Source: Eledone cirrhosa
Lineage: Eukaryota
Assembly: GCA_964016885.1 (NCBI GenBank)
Contig: OZ024744.1
Location: forward strand, 124,000,001 to 124,064,000
Length of the DNA stretch: 64,000 bases
Direction of reading: 5' to 3'
Under the pieces are notes generated by a model. The model was not told where the DNA came from, ran no database searches, and saw only the letters and a list, made by a program, of their open reading frames with translations. The translations under genes and the position numbers were made by a program. This document shows positions 31,001 to 44,500 of this stretch, piece after piece. Numbering within the stretch: position 1 is the stretch's first letter; the number at the start of each line of letters is the position of its first letter.

Positions 31001-34000
31001 AATAACTTGTCTCGCCCTTGACATGTAGGACAATAGTCTGTAATAACTTGTCCAACCCATGACAGATAGGACAATAGTCTGTAATAACTTTTCCAACCCT
31101 TGACAGGTAGGGCAATAGTCTGTAATAACTTGTCCAACCCATGACAGGTAGGACAATAGTCTGTAATAACTTGTCCAACCCATGACAGGTAGGACAATAG
31201 TCTGTAATAACTTGTCCAACCCATGTATGTAGGACAATAGTCTGTAATAACTTGTCCGACCCATGTATGGAGGACAATAGTCTGTAATAACTTGTCCAAC
31301 CCATGTATGTAGGATAATAGTCTGTAATAACTTGTCCAACCAATGACAGGTAGGGCAATAGTCTGTAATAACTTGTCCAACCCATGTATGTAGGACAATA
31401 GTCTGTAATAACTTGTCCAACCCATGTATGTAGGACAAAGTCTGTAATAACTTGTCCAACCCATGACAGGTAGGATAATAGTCTGTAATAACTTGTCCAA
31501 CCCATGACAGGTAGGACAATAGTCTGTAATAACTTGTCCAACCCATGTATGTAGAACAATAGTCTGTAATAACTTGTCGAACCCATGACAGGTAGGACAA
31601 TAGTCTGTAATAACTTGTCCAACCAATGACAGGTAAGACAATAGTCTGTAATAACTTGTCCAACCCATGCCAGGTAGGACAATAGTCTGTAATAACTTGT
31701 CCAACCCATGTATATAGGACAATAGTCTGTAATAACTTGTCCAACCTATGTATGTAGGACAATAGTCTGTAATAACTTGTCCAACCCATGTATGTAGGAC
31801 AATAGTCTGTAATAACTTGTCCCACCCATGACAGGTAGGACAATAGTCTGTAATAACTTGTCCAACCCATGTATGTAGGACAATAGTCTGTAATAACTTG
31901 TCCAACCCATGACAGGTAGGACAATAGTCTGTAATAACTTGTCCAACCCATGACAGCTAGGACAATAGTCTGTAATAACTTGTCCAACCCATGTATGTAG
32001 GACTATAGTCAGTAATAACTTGTCCAACCCATGACAGGTAGGACAATAGTCTGTAATAACTTGTCCAATCCATGACAGGTAGGACAATAGTCTGTAATAC
32101 CTTGTCCAACCAATGACAGGTAGGACAATAGTTTGTAATAACTTGTCCAACCAACGACAGGTAGGACAATAGTCTGTAATAACTTGTTCAACCCATGTAT
32201 GTAGGACAATAGTCTGTAATAACTTGTCCAACCCATGACAGGTAAGAGAATAGTCTGTAATAACTTGTCCAACCCATGTATGTAGGTCAATAGCCTGTAA
32301 TAACTTGTCCAACCCATGGCAGGTAGGACAATAGTCTGTAATAAATTGTCCAACCCATGACAGGTAGGACAATAGTCTGTAATAACTTGTCCAACCCATG
32401 ACAGGTAGGACAATAGTCTGTAATAACTCGTCCAACCCATGTATGTAGGACAATAGTCTGTAATAACTTGTCCAACCCATGACAGGTAAGACAATATTCT
32501 GTAATAACTTGTCCAACCCATGTATGTAGGACAATAGTCTGTAATAACTTGTCCCACCCATGACAGGTAGGACAATAGTCTGTAATAACTTGTCCAACCA
32601 ATGACAGGTAAGACAATAGTCTGTAATAACTTGTCCAACCCATGCCAGGTAGGACAATAGTCTGTAATAACTCGTCCAACCCATGTATATAGGACAATAG
32701 TCTGTAAAAACTTGTCCAACACATGTATGTAGGACAATAGTCTGTAATAACTTGTCCAACCCATGACAGGTAGGACAATAGTCTGTAATAACTTGTCCAA
32801 CCCATGACAGGTAGGACAATAGTCTGTAATAACTCGTCCAACCCATGTATATAGGACAATAGTCTGTAATAACTTGTCCAACCCATGTATGTAGGACAAT
32901 AGTCTGTAATAACTTGTCCAACCCATGACAGGTAGGACAATAGTCTGTAATAACTTGTCCAACCCATGTATGTAGGACAATAGTCTGTAATAACTTGTCC
33001 AACCCATGACAGGTAGGACTATAGTCTGTAATAACTTGTCCAACCCATGACACGTAGGACAATAGTCTGTAATAGCTTGTCCAACCCATGACAGGTAAGA
33101 CAATAGTCTGTAATAACTTATCCAACCCATGACAGGTAGGACAATAGTCTGTAATAACTTGTCCAACCCATGACAGGTAAGACAATAGTCTGTAATAACT
33201 TGTACAACCCATGCCAGGTAGGACAATAGTCTGTAATAACTTGTCCAACCCATGACAGGTAAGACAATAGTCTGTAATAACTTGTCCAACCCATGACAGG
33301 TAGGACAATAGTCTGTAATAACTTGTCCAACCCATGACAGGTAGGAAATAGTCTGTAATAACTTGTCCAACCCCTGTATATAGGACAATAGTCTGTAATA
33401 ACTTGTCCAGCCCATGACAGGTAGGACAATAGTCTGTAATAACTTGTCCAACCCATGCCAGGTAGGACAAAGTCTGTAAACACTTGTCCAACCCATGACA
33501 GGTAGGACAATAGTCTGTAATAACTTGTCCAACCCATGTATGTAGGTCAATAGCCTGTAATAACTTGTCCAACCCATGGCAGGTAGGACAATAGTCTGTA
33601 ATAAATTGTCCAACCCATGACAGGTAGGACAATAGTCTGTAATAACTTGTCCAACCCATGACAGGTAGGACAATAGTCTGTAATAACTCGTCCAACCCAT
33701 GTATGTAGGACAATAGTCTGTAATAACTTGTCCAACCCATGACAGGTAAGACAATATTCTGTAATAACTTGTCCAACCCATGTATGTAGGACAATAGTCT
33801 GTAATAACTTGTCCCACCCATGACAGGTAGGACAATAGTCTGTAATAACTTGTCCAACCAATGACAGGTAAGACAATAGTCTGTAATAACTTGTCCAACC
33901 CATGCCAGGTAGGACAATAGTCTGTAATAACTCGTCCAACCCATGTATATAGGACAATAGTCTGTAATAACTTGTCCAACCCATGTATGTAGGACAATAG

Positions 34001-35564
34001 TCTGTAATAACTTGTCCAACCCATGACAGGTAGGACAATAGTCTGTAATAACTTGTCCAACCCATGACAGGTAGGACAATAGTCTGTAATAACTCGTCCA
34101 ACCCATGTATATAGGAAAATAGTCTGTAATAACTTGTCCAACCGATGTATGTAGGACAATAGTCTGTAATAACTTGTCCAACCCATGACAGGTAGGACAG
34201 TAGTCTGTAATAACTTGTCCAACCCATGTCTGTAGGACAATAGTCTGTAATAACTTGTCCAACCCATGACAGGTAGGACTATAGTCTGTAATAACTTGTC
34301 CAACCCATGACAGGTAGGACAATAGTCTGTAATAGCTTGTCCAACCCATGACAGGTAAGACAATATCTGTAATAACTTATCCAACCCATGACAGGTAGGA
34401 CAATAGTCTGTAATAACTTGTCCAACCCATGACAGGTAAGACAATAGTCTGTAATAACTTGTCCAACCCATGCCAGGTAGGACAATAGTCTGTAATAACT
34501 TGTCCAACCCATGACAGGTAAGACAATAGTCTGTAATAACTTGTCCAACCCATGACAGGTAGGAAATAGTCTGTAATAACTTGTCCAACCCATCTATATA
34601 GGACAATAGTCTGTAATAACTTGTCCAGCCCATGACAGGTAGGACAATAGTCTGTAATAACTTGTCCAACCCATGACAGGTAGGGCAATAGTCTGTAATA
34701 ACTTGTCCAACCCATGACAGGTAGGGCAATAGTCTGTAATAACTTGTCCAACCCATGACAGGTAGGGCAATAGTCTGTAATAACTTGTCCAACCCATGTA
34801 TGTAGGACAATAGTCTGTAATAACTTGTCTCGCCCTTGACATGTAGGACAATAGTCTGTAATAACTTGTCCAACCCATGACAGATAGGACAATAGTCTGT
34901 AATAACTTTTCCAACCCTTGACAGGTAGGGCAATAGTCTGTAATAACTTGTCCAACCCATGACAGGTAGGACAATAGTCTGTAATAACTTGTCCAACCCA
35001 TGACAGGTAGGACAATAGTCTGTAATAACTTGTCCAACCCATGTATGTAGGACAATAGTCTGTAATAACTTGTCCGACCCATGTATGGAGGACAATAGTC
35101 TGTAATAACTTGTCCAACCCATGTATGTAGGATAATAGTCTGTAATAACTTGTCCAACCAATGACAGGTAGGGCAATAGTCTGTAATAACTTGTCCAACC
35201 CATGTATGTAGGACAATAGTCTGTAATAACTTGTCCAACCCATGTATGTAGGACAAAGTCTGTAATAACTTGTCCAACCCATGACAGGTAGGATAATAGT
35301 CTGTAATAACTTGTCCAACCCATGACAGGTAGGACAATAGTCTGTAATAACTTGTCCAACCCATGTATGTAGAACAATAGTCTGTAATAACTTGTCGAAC
35401 CCATGACAGGTAGGACAATAGTCTGTAATAACTTGTCCAACCAATGACAGGTAAGACAATAGTCTGTAATAACTTGTCCAACCCATGCCAGGTAGGACAA
35501 TAGTCTGTAATAACTTGTCCAACCCATGTATATAGGACAATAGTCTGTAATAACTTGTCCAACC
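27897..35564. repeat. Tandem higher-order duplication, period 3818 bp, with an internal 1260-bp sub-duplication
   Basis: ORFs with matching translations are offset by 3818 (27928/31746, 28139/31957, 28469/32287, 29729/33547, 30461/34279). Private markers are shared (TGTAAAAACTTGTCCAACACATG, GTCCGACCC). No differences between copies were noticed. Internal offset 28469/29729 = 1260. Confidence 0.93.
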
Positions 35565-38500
35565 CATGTATGTAGGACAATAGTCTGTAATAACTTGTCC
35601 AACCCATGACAGGTAGGACAATAGTCTGTAATAACTTGTCCAACCCATGACAGGTAGGACAGTAGTCTGTAATAACTCGTCCAACCCATGTATATAGGAC
35701 AATAGTCTGTAATAACTTGTCCAACCCATGTATGTAGGACAATAGTCTGTAATAACTTGTCCAACCCATGACAGGTAGGACAATAGTCTGTAATAACTTG
35801 TCCAACCCATGTATGTAGGACAATAGTCTGTAATAACTTGTCCAACCCATGACAGGTAGGACTATAGTCTGTAATAACTTGTCCAACCCATGACACGTAG
35901 GACAATAGTCTGTAATAGCTTGTCCAACCCATGACAGGTAAGACAATAGTCTGTAATAACTTATCCAACCCATGACAGGTAGGACAATAGTCTGTAATAA
36001 CTTGTCCAACCCATGACAGGTAAGACAGTAGTCTGTAATAACTTGTACAACCCATGCCAGGTAGGACAATAGTTTGTAATAACTTGTCCAACCCATGACA
36101 GGTAAGACAATAGTCTGTAATAACTTGTCCAACCCATGACAGGTAGGACAATAGTCTGTAATAACTTGTCCAACCCATGACAGGTAGGAAATAGTCTGTA
36201 ATAACTTGTCCAACCCCTGTATATAGGACAATAGTCTGTAATAACTTGTCCAGCCCATGACAGGTAGGACAATAGTCTGTAATAACTTGTCCAACCCATG
36301 CCAGGTAGGACAAAGTCTGTAAACACTTGTCCAACCCATGACAGGTAGGGCAATAGTCTGTAATAACTTGTCCAACCCTTGACAGGTAGGACAATAGTCT
36401 GTAATAACTTGTCCAACCCATGTATGTAGGACAATAGTCTGTAATAACTTGTCCAACCCATGTATGTAGGACAATAGTCTGTAATAACTTGTCCAACCCA
36501 TGTATGTAGGACAATAGTCTGTAATAACTTGTCCAACCCATGACAGGTAGGACAATAGTCTGTAATAACTTGTCCAACCTATGTATGTAGGACAATAGTC
36601 TGTAATAACTTGTCCAACCCATGTATGTAGGACAATAGTCTGTAATAACTTGTCCCACCCATGACAGGTAGGACAATAGTCTGTAATAACTTGTCCAACC
36701 CATGTATGTAGGACAATAGTCTGTAATAACTTGTCCAACCCATGACCGGTAGGACAATAGTCTGTAATAACTTGTCCAACCTATGTATGTAGGACAATAG
36801 TCTGTAATAACTTGTCCAACCCATGTATGTAGGACTATAGTCAGTAATAACTTGTCCAACCCATGACAGGTAGGACAATAGTCTGTAATAACTTGTCCAA
36901 TCCATGACAGGTAGGACAACAGTCTGTAATACCTTGTCCAACCAATGACAGGTAGGACAATAGTTTGTAATAACTTGTCCAACCAACGACAGGTAGGACA
37001 ATAGTCTGTAATAACTTGTTCAACCCATGTATGTAGGACAATAGTCTGTAATAACTTGTCCAACCCATGACAGGTAAGAGAATAGTCTGTAATAACTTGT
37101 CCAACCCATGTATGTAGGTCAATAGCCTGTAATAACTTGTCCAACCCATGGCAGGTAGGACAATAGTCTATAATAAATTGTCCAACCCATGACAGGTAGG
37201 ACAATAGTCTGTAATAACTTGTCCAACCCATGACAGGTAGGACAATAGTCTGTAATAACTCGTCCAACCCATGTATGTAGGACAATAGTCTGTAATAACT
37301 TGTCCAACCCATGACAGGTAAGACAATATTCTGTAATAACTTGTCCAACCCATGTATGTAGGACAATAGTCTGTAATAACTTGTCCCACCCATGACAGGT
37401 AGGACAATAGTCTGTAATAACTTGTCCAACCAATGACAGGTAAGACAATAGTCTGTAATAACTTGTCCAACCCATGCCAGGTAGGACAATAGTCTGTAAT
37501 AACTCGTCCAACCCATGTATATAGGACAATAGTCTGTAAAAACTTGTCCAACCCATGTATGTAGGACAATAGTCTGTAATAACTTGTCCAACCCATGACA
37601 GGTAGGACAATAGTCTGTAATAACTTGTCCAACCCATGACAGGTAGTACAATAGTCTGTAATAACTCGTCCAACCCATGTATATAGGACAATAGTCTGTA
37701 ATAACTTGTCCAACCCATGTATGTAGGACAATAGTCTGTAATAACTTGTCCAACCCATGACAGGTAGGACAGTAGTCTGTAATAACTTGTCCAACCCATG
37801 TCTGTAGGACAATAGTCTGTAATAACTTGTCCAACCCATGACAGGTAGGACTATAGTCTGTAATAACTTGTCCAACCCATGACATGTAGGACAATAGTCT
37901 GTAATAGCTTGTCCAACCCATGACAGGTAAGACAATATCTGTAATAACTTATCCAACCCATGACAGGTAGGACAATAGTCTGTAATAACTTGTCCAACCC
38001 ATGACAGGTAAGACAATAGTCTGTAATAACTTGTCCAACCCATGCCAGGTAGGACAATAGTCTGTAATAACTTGTCCAACCCCTGACAGGTAAGACAATA
38101 GTCTGTAGTAACTTGTCCAACCCATGACAGGTAAGACAATAGTCTGTAATAACTTGTCCAACCCATGACAGGTAGGACAATAGTCTGTAATAACTTGTCC
38201 AACCCATGACAGGTAGGACAATAGTCTGTAATAACATGTCCTACCCATGTATTTAGGACAATAGTCTGTAATAACTTGTCCAACCCTTGACAGGTAGGAC
38301 AATAGTCTGTAATAACTTGTCCAACCCATGTATGTAGGACAATAGTCTGTAATAACTTGTCCAACCCATGTATGTAGGACAATAGTCTGTAATAACTTGT
38401 CCAACCCATGACAGGTAGGACAATAGTCTGTAATAACTTGTCCAACCTATGTATGTAGGACAATAGTCTGTAATAACTTGTCCCACCCATGTCAGGTAGG

Positions 38501-41500
38501 ACAATAGTCTGTAATAACTTGTCCAACCCATGTATGTAGGACAATAGTCTGTAATAACTTGTCCAACCCATGTATGTAGGACAATAGTCTGTAATAACTT
38601 GTCCCACCCATGACAGGTAGGACAATAGTCTGTAATAACTTGTCCAACCCATGTATGTAGGACAATAGTCTGTAATAACTTGTCCAACCCATGACAGGTA
38701 GGACAATAGTCTGTAATAACTTGTCCGACCCATGACAGCTAGGACAATAGTCTGTAATAACTTGTCCAACCCATGTATGTAGGACTATAGTCAGTAATAA
38801 CTTGTCCAACCCATGACAGGTAGGACAATAGTCTGTAATAACTTATCCAACCCATGACAGGTAGGACAATAGTCTGTAATACCTTGTCCAACCAATGACA
38901 GGTAGGACAATAGTTTGTAATAACTTGTCCAACCCATGACAGGTAGGACAATAGTCTGTAATACCTTGTCCAACCAATGACAGGTAGGACAATAGTCTGT
39001 AATAACTTGTTCAACTCATGTATGTAGGACAATAGTCTGTAATAACTTGTCCAACCCATGACAGGTAAGAGAATAGTCTGTAATAACTTGTCCAACCCAT
39101 GTATGTAGGTCAATAGCCTGTAATAATTTGTCCAACCCATGGCAGGTAGGACAATAGTCTGTAATAAATTGTCCAACCCATGACAGGTAGGACAATAGTC
39201 TGTAATAACTTGTCCAACCCATGACAGGTAGGACAATAGTCTGTAATAACTCGTCCAACCCATGTATGTAGGACAATAGTCTGTAATAACTTGTCCAACC
39301 CATGACAGGTAAGACAATATTCTGTAATAACTTGTCCAACCCATGTATGTAGGACAATAGTCTGTAATAACTTGTCCAACCCATGACAGGTAAGACAATA
39401 TTCTGTAATAACTTGTCCAACCCATGTATGTAGGACAATAGTCTGTAATAACTTGTCCAACCCATGTATGTAGGACAATAGTCTGTAATAACTTGTCCAA
39501 CCAATGACAGGTAAGACAATAGTCTGTAATAACTTGTCCAACCCATGCCAGGTAGGACAATAGTCTGTAACACCTCGTCCAACCCATGACATGTAGGACA
39601 ATAGTCTGTAATAACTTGTCCAACCCATGACAGGTAGGACAATAGTCTGTAATAACTCGTCCAACCCATGTATATAGGACAATAGTCTGTAATAACTTGT
39701 CCAACCCATGTATGTAGGACAATAGTCTGTAATAACTTGTCCAACCCATGCCAGGTAGGACAATAGTCTGTAATAACTTGTCCAACCCATGTATGTAGGA
39801 AAATAGTCTGTAATAACTTGTCTAACCCATGTATGTAGGACAATAGTCTGTAATAACTTGTCGAACCCATGACAGGTAGGACAATAGTCTGTAATAACTT
39901 GTCCAACCCATGACAGGTAGGACAATAGTCTGTAATAACTTGTCCAACCTATGTATGTAGGACAATAGTCTGTAATAACTTGTCCAACCCATGTATGTAG
40001 GACAATAGTCTGTAATAACTTGTCCCACCCATGACAGGTAGGACAATAGTCTGTAATAACTTGTCCAATGTATGTAGGACAATAGTCTGTAATAACTTGT
40101 CCAATCCATGTATGTAGGACAATAGTCTGTAATAACTTGTCTAACCCATGACAGGTAGGACAATAGTCTGTAATAACTTGTCCAACCCATGACAGCTAGG
40201 ACAATAGTCTGTAATAACTTGTCCAACCCATGTATGTAGGACTATAGTCAGTAATAACTTGTCCAACCCATGACAGGTAGGACAATAGTCTGTAATACCT
40301 TGTCCAACCAATGACAGGTAGGACAATAGTTTGTAATAACTTGTCCAACCAATGACAGGTAGGACAATAGTCTGTAATAACTTGTTCAACCCATGTATGT
40401 AGGACAATAGTCTGTAATAACTTGTCCAACCCATGACAGGTCAGAGAATAGTCTGTAATAACTTGTCCAACCCATGTATGTAGGTCAATAGCCTGTAATA
40501 ACTTGTCCAACCCATGGCAGGTAGGACAATTGTCTGTAATAAATTGTCCAACCCATGACAGGTAGGACAATAGTCTGTAATAACTTGTCCAACCCATGTA
40601 TGTAGGACAATAGTCTGTAATAACTTGTCCAACCCATGACAGGTAGGACTATAGTCTGTAATAACTTGTCCAACCCATGACAGGTAGGACAATAGTCTGT
40701 AATAGCTTGTCCAACCTATGACAGGTAAGACAATATCTGTAATAACTTATCCAACCCATGACAGGTAGGACAATGGTCTGTAATAACTTGTCCAACCCAT
40801 GACAGGTAAGACAATAGTCTGTAATAACTTGTCCAACCCATGCCAGGTAGGACAATAGTCTGTAATAACTTGTCCAACCCATGACAGGTAAGACAATAGT
40901 CTGTAATAACTTGTCCAACCCATGACAGGTAGGACAATAGTCTGTAATAACTTGTTCAACCCATGACAGGTAGGACTATAGTCTGTAATAACTTATCCAA
41001 CCCATGACAGTTAGGACAATAGTCTGTAATAACTCGTCCAACCCATGTATGTAGGACAATAGTCTGTAATAACTTGTCCAACCCATGACAGGTAAGACAA
41101 TAGTCTGTAATAACTTGTCCAACCCATGACAGGTAAGACAATAGTCTGTAATAACTTGTCCAACCCATGCCAGGTAGGACAATAGTCTGTAATAACTTGT
41201 CCAACCCATGACAGGTAAGACAATAGTCTGTAATAACTTGTCCAACCCATGACAGGTAGGACAATAGTCTGTAATAACTTGTCCAACCCATGACAGGTAG
41301 GAAATAGCCTGTAATAACTTGTCCAACCCATATATATAGGACAATAGTCTGTAATAACTTGTCCAGCCCATGACAGGTAGGACAATAGTCTGTAATAACT
41401 TGTCCAACCCATGCCAGGTAGGACAAAGTCTGTAATAACTTGTCCAACCCATGACAGGTAAGACAATATTCTGTAATAACTTGTCCAACCCATGTATGTA

Positions 41501-44500
41501 GGTCAATAGCCTGTAATAACTTGTCCAAACCATGGCAGGTAGGACAATAGTCTGTCATAAATTGTCCAACCCATGACAGGTAGGACAATAGTCTGTAATA
41601 ACTTGTCCAACCCATGACAGGTAGGACAATAGTCTGTAATAACTCGTCCAACCCATGTATGTAGGACAATAGTCTGTAATAACTTGTCCAACCCATGACA
41701 GGTAAGACAATATTCTGTAATAACTTGTCCAACCCATGTATGTAGGACAATAGTCTGTAATAACTTGTCTAACCCATGTATGTAGGAGAATAGTCTGTAA
41801 TAACTTGTCGAACCCATGACAGGTAGGACAATAGTCTGTAATAACTTGTCCAACCCATGACAGGTAGGACAATAGTCTGTAATAACTTGTCCAACCTATG
41901 TATGTAGGACAATAGTCTATAATAACTTGTCCAACCCATGTATGTAGGACAATAGTCTGTAATAACTTGTCCCACCCATGACAGGTAGGACAATAGTCTG
42001 TAATAACTTGTCCAACCCATGTATGTAGGACAATAGTCTGTAATAACTTGTCCAACCCATGACAGGTAGGACAATAGTCTGTAATAACTTGTCCAACCCA
42101 TGACAGCTAGGACAATAGTCTGTAATAACTTGTCCAACCCATGTATGTAGGACTATAGTCAGTAATAACTTGTCCAACCCATGACAGGTAGGACAATAGT
42201 CTGTAATAACTTGTCCAACCCATGCCAGGTAGGACAATAGTCTGTAACACCTCGTCCAACCCATGACAGGTAGGACAATAGTCTGTAATAACTTGTCCAA
42301 CCCATGACAGGTAGGACAATAGTCTGTAATAACTCGTCCAACCCATGTATATAGGACAATAGTCTGTAATAACTTGTCCAACCCATGTATGTAGGACAAT
42401 AGTCTGTAATAACTTGTCCAACCCATGCCAGGTAGGACAATAGTCTGTAATAACTTGTCCAACCCATGACAGGTAAGACAATAGTCTGTAATAACTTGTC
42501 CAACACATGCCAGGTAGGAGAATAGTCTGTAATAACTTGTCCAACCCATGACAGGTAAGACAATAGTCTGTAATAACTTGTCCAACCCATGACAGGTAGG
42601 ACAATAGTCTGTAATGACTTGTCCAACCCATGACAGGTAGGAAATAGTCTGTAATAACTTGTCCAACCCATATATATAGGACAATAGTCTGTAATAACTT
42701 GTCCAGCCCATGACAGGTAGGACAATAGTCTGTAATAACTTGTCCAACCCATGCCAGGTAGGACAAAGTCTGTAATAACTTGTCCAACCCATGACAGGTA
42801 GGACAATAGTCTGTAATAACTTGTCCAACCCATGACAGGTAAGACAATAGTCTGTAATAACTTGTCCAACCCATGACAGGTAGGACAATAGTCTGTAATA
42901 ACTTGTCCAACCCATGACAGGTAGGACAATAGTCTGTAATAACATGTCCAACCGATGGCAGGTAGGACAATAGTCTGTCATAAATTGTCCAACCCATGAC
43001 AGGTAGGACAATAGTCTGTAATAACTTGTCCAACCCATGACAGGTAGGACAATAGTCTGTAATAACTTGTCCAACCCATGTATGTAGGACAATAGTCTGT
43101 AATAACTTGTCCAACCCATGTATGTAGGACAATAGTCTGTAATAACTTGTCCAACCCATGACAGGTAGGACAATAGTCTGTAATAACTTGTCCAACCTAT
43201 GTATGTAGGACAATAGACTGTAATAACTTGTCCCACCCATGACAGGTAGGACAATAGTCTGTAATAACTTGTCCAACCCATGTATGTAGGACAATAGTCT
43301 GTAATAACTTGTCCAACCCATGTATGTAGGACAATAGTCTGTAATAACTTGTCCCACCCATGACAGGTAGGACAATAGTCTGTAATAACTTGTCCAACCC
43401 ATGTATGTAGGACAATAGTCTGTAATAACTTGTCCAACCCATGACAGGTAGGACAATAGTCTGTAATAACTTGTCCAACCCATGACAGCTAGGACAATAG
43501 TCTGTAATAACTTGTCCAACCCATGTATGTAGGACTATAGTCAGTAATAACTTGTCCAACCCATGACAGGTAGGACAATAGTCTGTAATAACTTGTCCAA
43601 CCCATGACAGGTAGGACAATAGTCTGTAATACCTTGTCCAACCAATGACATGTAGGACAATAGTTTGTAATAACTTGTCCAACCCATGACAGGTAGGACA
43701 ATAGTCTGTAATACCTTGTCCAACCAATGACAGGTTGGACAATAGTCTGTAATACCTTGTCCAACCAATGACAGGTAGGACAATAGTTTGTAATAACTTG
43801 TCCAACCCATGACAGGTAGGACAATAGTCTGTAATACCTTGTCCAACCCATGACAGGTAGGACAATAGTCTGTAATACCTTGTCCAACCAATGACAGGTA
43901 GGACAATAGTTTGTAATAACTTGTCCAACCCATGACAGGTAAGAGAATAGTCTGTAATAACTTGTCCAACCCATGTATGTAGGTCAATAGCCTGTAATAA
44001 CTTGTCCAACCCATGGCAGGTAGGACAATAGTCTGTCATAAATTGTCCAACCCATGACAGGTAGGACAATAGTCTGTAATAACTTGTCCAACCCATGACA
44101 GGTAGGACAATAGTCTGTAATAACTCGTCCAACCCATGTATGTAGGACAATAGTCTGTAATAACTTGTCCAACCCATGACAGGTAAGACAATATTCTGTA
44201 ATAACTTGTCCAACCCATGTATGTAGGACAATAGTCTGTAATAACTTGTCCAACCCATGACAGGTAAGACAATATTCTGTAATAACTTGTCCAACCCATG
44301 TATGTAGGACAATAGTCTGTAATAACTTGTCCAACCCATGTATGTAGGACAATAGTCTGCAATAACTTGTCCAACCAATGACAGGTAAGACAATAGTCTG
44401 TAATAACTTGTCCAACCCATGCCAGGTAGGACAATAGTCTGTAACACCTCGTCCAACCCATGACAGGTAGGACAATAGTCAGTAATAACTTGTCCAACCC

